Assembly: GCA_036574205.1 (NCBI GenBank)
Contig: JAINCQ010000007.1
Location: 1 to 63,512 of the forward strand
Source: Elusimicrobiota bacterium
Lineage (GTDB): Bacteria > Elusimicrobiota > Elusimicrobia > Elusimicrobiales > UBA9959
Direction of reading: 5' to 3'
Length of the DNA: 63,512 bases
How positions within the stretch are numbered: the stretch's first letter is position 1; the number at the start of each line of letters is the position of its first letter. A program made the translations under genes and the position numbers. This document shows, one piece after another, positions 60,959 to 63,512 of this stretch. The notes beneath the pieces were generated by a model. That model did not search any database. It was not told the DNA's origin and was given only the letters and a program-made list of their open reading frames with translations.

Positions 60959-61012
60959 ATTTTAAAATTCAAATGTAAAGTTTAAATAAATTTAATGTAA
61001 AATTTAGGTAAA
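60959..61012 (-). promoter_or_regulatory. Pho box (four hexamers at 11-bp period) with -10 element
   Basis: Minus strand TTTACC, TTTACA, TTTATT, TTTACA at + coordinates 61007, 60996, 60985, 60974; TAAAAT at 60964-60959. Confidence 0.75.
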
Positions 61013-61203
61013 ATTAATTACTGATATAAAATGTATTTTAAGCAAGGATTTATGCAAAAATGAAAAAGATAGCCTAATTTATTTTAAGAATAAACAGAAT
61101 TAGTTTCTTTGGAATTATATCTGCTGTAAAACTTAAAAAGAGATATTCAGATTTTCCGCCTTAAATAAATGATTTTAACTAAAAAGAGATTTTTTTAAAA
61201 TTA

Positions 61204-62406
61204 CTACTTATTTTCAAGATATTTTTCAAAAGTAATAACAAGTTTCTTATTTAAACTCTCATAATTTTCATCTTCTATATTAATATTCTCAACAGAAATA
61301 TCTTTTGGTAACTTTGATCCAATTGTTCCCTGGTTTATTAAACTCTCCCATCCCCATATCTTTTTTTCAAAATCCTTCATCCCAAGGCTAAAGATCTTAA
61401 CACTAACACCTAAATTTGATTCAACCCCCCCAAAAAGCTTCCAGTCAACTATGAAAGGTTTATAACTTGTAAGATCCGCTTGAGTTTTTAAATATCCAAA
61501 ACCTTCAATATAGGGAGCAGCTGTATTATAAAAGTTCAACTTTAATTTAGGTCCAGCGTATCCTTTGAGCCATCCATCAGCTCCAATAAAACTCAAAAAA
61601 CCCTTAAAAGACTTATCATTAACCTCAGTCAATCCACTCCATTTTCCATTTATGTAATGAGCTCCATATTTTCCTGATATTTTCTGATTTATATTTATCA
61701 TAATCTTACCAGCCACACCCACATTAAAACCTGCATAAACTGATAAAATTGGAGTAAAAACAACTGGACCAATTATAACAGGATTAAATTCATACTCAAT
61801 AAGCTTAAACTCCTTTGAAAATGGCACAGGAATTCTTATTGGAGTGCTTATATTTATCTTAAAATCTGATTTCTGGTCAACTGAGTTTACAAATTTAATT
61901 TCTTTAATTGAGCTCTCTTCAATATCTATCTTCCAATCAATATTTGAAAATATATTTATAAAACCATCCGCAGTTATTACATCATCTTTCGTAGATGAAT
62001 TTCCGTCATAATCAAATAAAATAACATTATCGAGTTTTATATTAAAGACTTTATCCGATTTAGACTGAACAATACCTATCCCATTAAAATAATAATTTGC
62101 TTTTTTAATATCAGAAGGTTTTAAATCACCGCTATAGCTTATATCAAGAAACTCAAAAGCTTCCTCAATTGTTGCTGGCTCAGTTTTATACTCTTTACCC
62201 TTTGTATCTACAACCTTGAAAATCTTACCTCCATCTTCAAGAAAAATAAGGATATCCCCTTCTTTTAATTCATCTTTTTTATAGTTTAAATTTGAATCAG
62301 GGATTATTTTCGCAGATGGATTAAGTTTATAATTTACTTTATAATCTGCAAATAAACTTGTTGAAAAAACAAAAATAAATAAACCCAATATCCTTAAATC
62401 TTTCAT
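61204..62406 (-). CDS. Exported beta-rich hypothetical protein
   Basis: SD GGAGG before ATG 62406; signal peptide ending SLFA; DYDGNSSTKDD loop; long amphipathic strands. Confidence 0.7.
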   Translation of the reverse strand: MKDLRILGLFIFVFSTSLFADYKVNYKLNPSAKIIPDSNLNYKKDELKEGDILIFLEDGGKIFKVVDTKGKEYKTEPATIEEAFEFLDISYSGDLKPSDIKKANYYFNGIGIVQSKSDKVFNIKLDNVILFDYDGNSSTKDDVITADGFINIFSNIDWKIDIEESSIKEIKFVNSVDQKSDFKINISTPIRIPVPFSKEFKLIEYEFNPVIIGPVVFTPILSVYAGFNVGVAGKIMININQKISGKYGAHYINGKWSGLTEVNDKSFKGFLSFIGADGWLKGYAGPKLKLNFYNTAAPYIEGFGYLKTQADLTSYKPFIVDWKLFGGVESNLGVSVKIFSLGMKDFEKKIWGWESLINQGTIGSKLPKDISVENINIEDENYESLNKKLVITFEKYLENK

Positions 62407-62482
62407 AAAACCTCCAAAGATATCATTGTTAAAATTATACAAATTATTTCAAATAAATTCTCATTTTCTTACATAAATAAAT

Positions 62483-62941
62483 TTATTTATGATATGGATA
62501 ATTTTTTATTATTGTAAAGCTTCTATATATTGTTTCAAGCAAAACAACTAAGAAAAGCTCATGATTGAGGGTAAAATCTGAAAAAGAAACTCTTAAATCT
62601 GCTCTTTTACACAAAATTGGATCAAACCCCTCATCACCGCCTATTATAAAAGAAATATCTTTTGAATAATTTAAAATTTTTTCAAACTCTTTGGCAAATA
62701 AAAGACTGTCATATTTTTTGCCTTGTATATCACATAATATTACAAAATCATCCTTAGTTTTTTTAAGAACAAATTCTGCTTCCTTTCTAAGTTTTTCCTG
62801 TTTGGATGAAAAGTTAAGTTTAAATTGAGGAACTATTATTTCTATTTTTGAAAAATATTTAATCTTTTTAATATAATATTCAATTCCTTTTTTAATAAAA
62901 TCTATCTTATATCCACCAACTGAAATTATCTTAATATTCAC
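62483..62941 (-). CDS. rlmH: 23S rRNA pseudouridine-1915 N3-methyltransferase
   Basis: FIIGGDEGF, SFSDFTLNHEL..LLETIYRSFTI..PYHK. Confidence 0.92.
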   Translation of the reverse strand: MNIKIISVGGYKIDFIKKGIEYYIKKIKYFSKIEIIVPQFKLNFSSKQEKLRKEAEFVLKKTKDDFVILCDIQGKKYDSLLFAKEFEKILNYSKDISFIIGGDEGFDPILCKRADLRVSFSDFTLNHELFLVVLLETIYRSFTIIKNYPYHK

Positions 62942-62943
62942 AA

Positions 62944-63348
62944 TTAACTTTCTGATGCTGCTATAGTAATATAAGAATTTAAAACCCCTTTTACCTGTTT
63001 TAACCTTAAATAAAGTTTATCTATTTTTCTAGCTTTTCCTTTAACAACTATAATCTCAAAACAAATATCATGATTTAAATGAATATGTTGAGATGAAACT
63101 ATTATATCGTGAAAGCTATGCTGGATATCAGTAAGTTTTTCTCCAATAAGCCTTTGATGGTGATTATAGACAATTGATATTGCCCCAGTAATATATTCCC
63201 CCTCTATTGATTTTTTTTCAACAATATACTTATTTATAAGTTCAGCAATAACCTTTGATCTATTATCCCCCCCATAATTTTTAATCTTCCCATCAAATTC
63301 TTCCAAAAGTTTTTTATCAACTGATATACTAAATCTAATTTTTCCCAT
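62944..63348 (-). CDS. nikR: Nickel-responsive regulator NikR
   Basis: RHH N-terminus RFSISV..NRSKVI; YNHH, QH..H, HIHLNHDICFE metal site. Confidence 0.9.
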   Translation of the reverse strand: MGKIRFSISVDKKLLEEFDGKIKNYGGDNRSKVIAELINKYIVEKKSIEGEYITGAISIVYNHHQRLIGEKLTDIQHSFHDIIVSSQHIHLNHDICFEIIVVKGKARKIDKLYLRLKQVKGVLNSYITIAASES

Positions 63349-63458
63349 AATTTAATTATATCAAAATTAAAATTAAAGAATATTAATGCGAATCAAATCA
63401 TGTAAAATGTAACCATAAGGCTAAATGTCAACTCATTTAAAATGTAACTGAAATTTAT

Positions 63459-63493
63459 ATAATGTAACCCTCAATAAAGGAGGGTTGCATTAT
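63459..63493. promoter_or_regulatory. Imperfect palindrome covering the -10, SD and start codon of the divergent gene (candidate NikR operator or SD-sequestering hairpin)
   Basis: ATAATGTAACCCTC-AATAAAG-GAGGGTTGCATTAT (one mismatch). Confidence 0.55.
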
Positions 63494-63512
63494 GAAGTTG
63501 AGGTTCAAAATG
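63492..63512 (+). CDS. 5' end of a gene truncated by the window edge (MKLRFKM...)
   Basis: SD AAGGAGG at 63477-63483, then ATG. Confidence 0.5.

Overview
Very AT-rich, gene-dense bacterial chromosomal segment from a diderm (Omp85 barrel, porin, AsmA-like protein). The gene mix is reminiscent of Elusimicrobiota, but that is an unverified impression. I see no rRNA, tRNA, CRISPR array, integrase or transposase. Most of the window is housekeeping or metabolic: smc, a three-subunit xanthine dehydrogenase-family molybdoenzyme, lpdA, tnaA, a GlcD-GlcE fusion with glcF, a small cell-envelope glycan cluster (one GT2 gene broken by an in-frame TAA), dapA, dapF, a PPi-type pfk, sdhCAB, phoBR, a porin-pstSCAB-phoU operon with a four-repeat Pho box, rlmH and nikR. 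The best candidate for an undescribed system is the minus-strand cassette at 49495-52987. It encodes a secreted protein ending in an 8-Cys, internally duplicated domain, followed by two paralogous exported HExxH/EGxAxY metallopeptidases, behind a sigma70-like promoter with an A13 tract in its -35/-10 spacer. Other notable signals: many apparently leaderless genes (-10 box 6-8 nt before ATG, no SD), a symmetric bidirectional promoter, a candidate NikR operator palindrome, a peptidase-propeller-Omp85 fusion and an NHL-transglutaminase-TPR protein with a small partner. All family calls come from motif recognition by eye; no database search was run.
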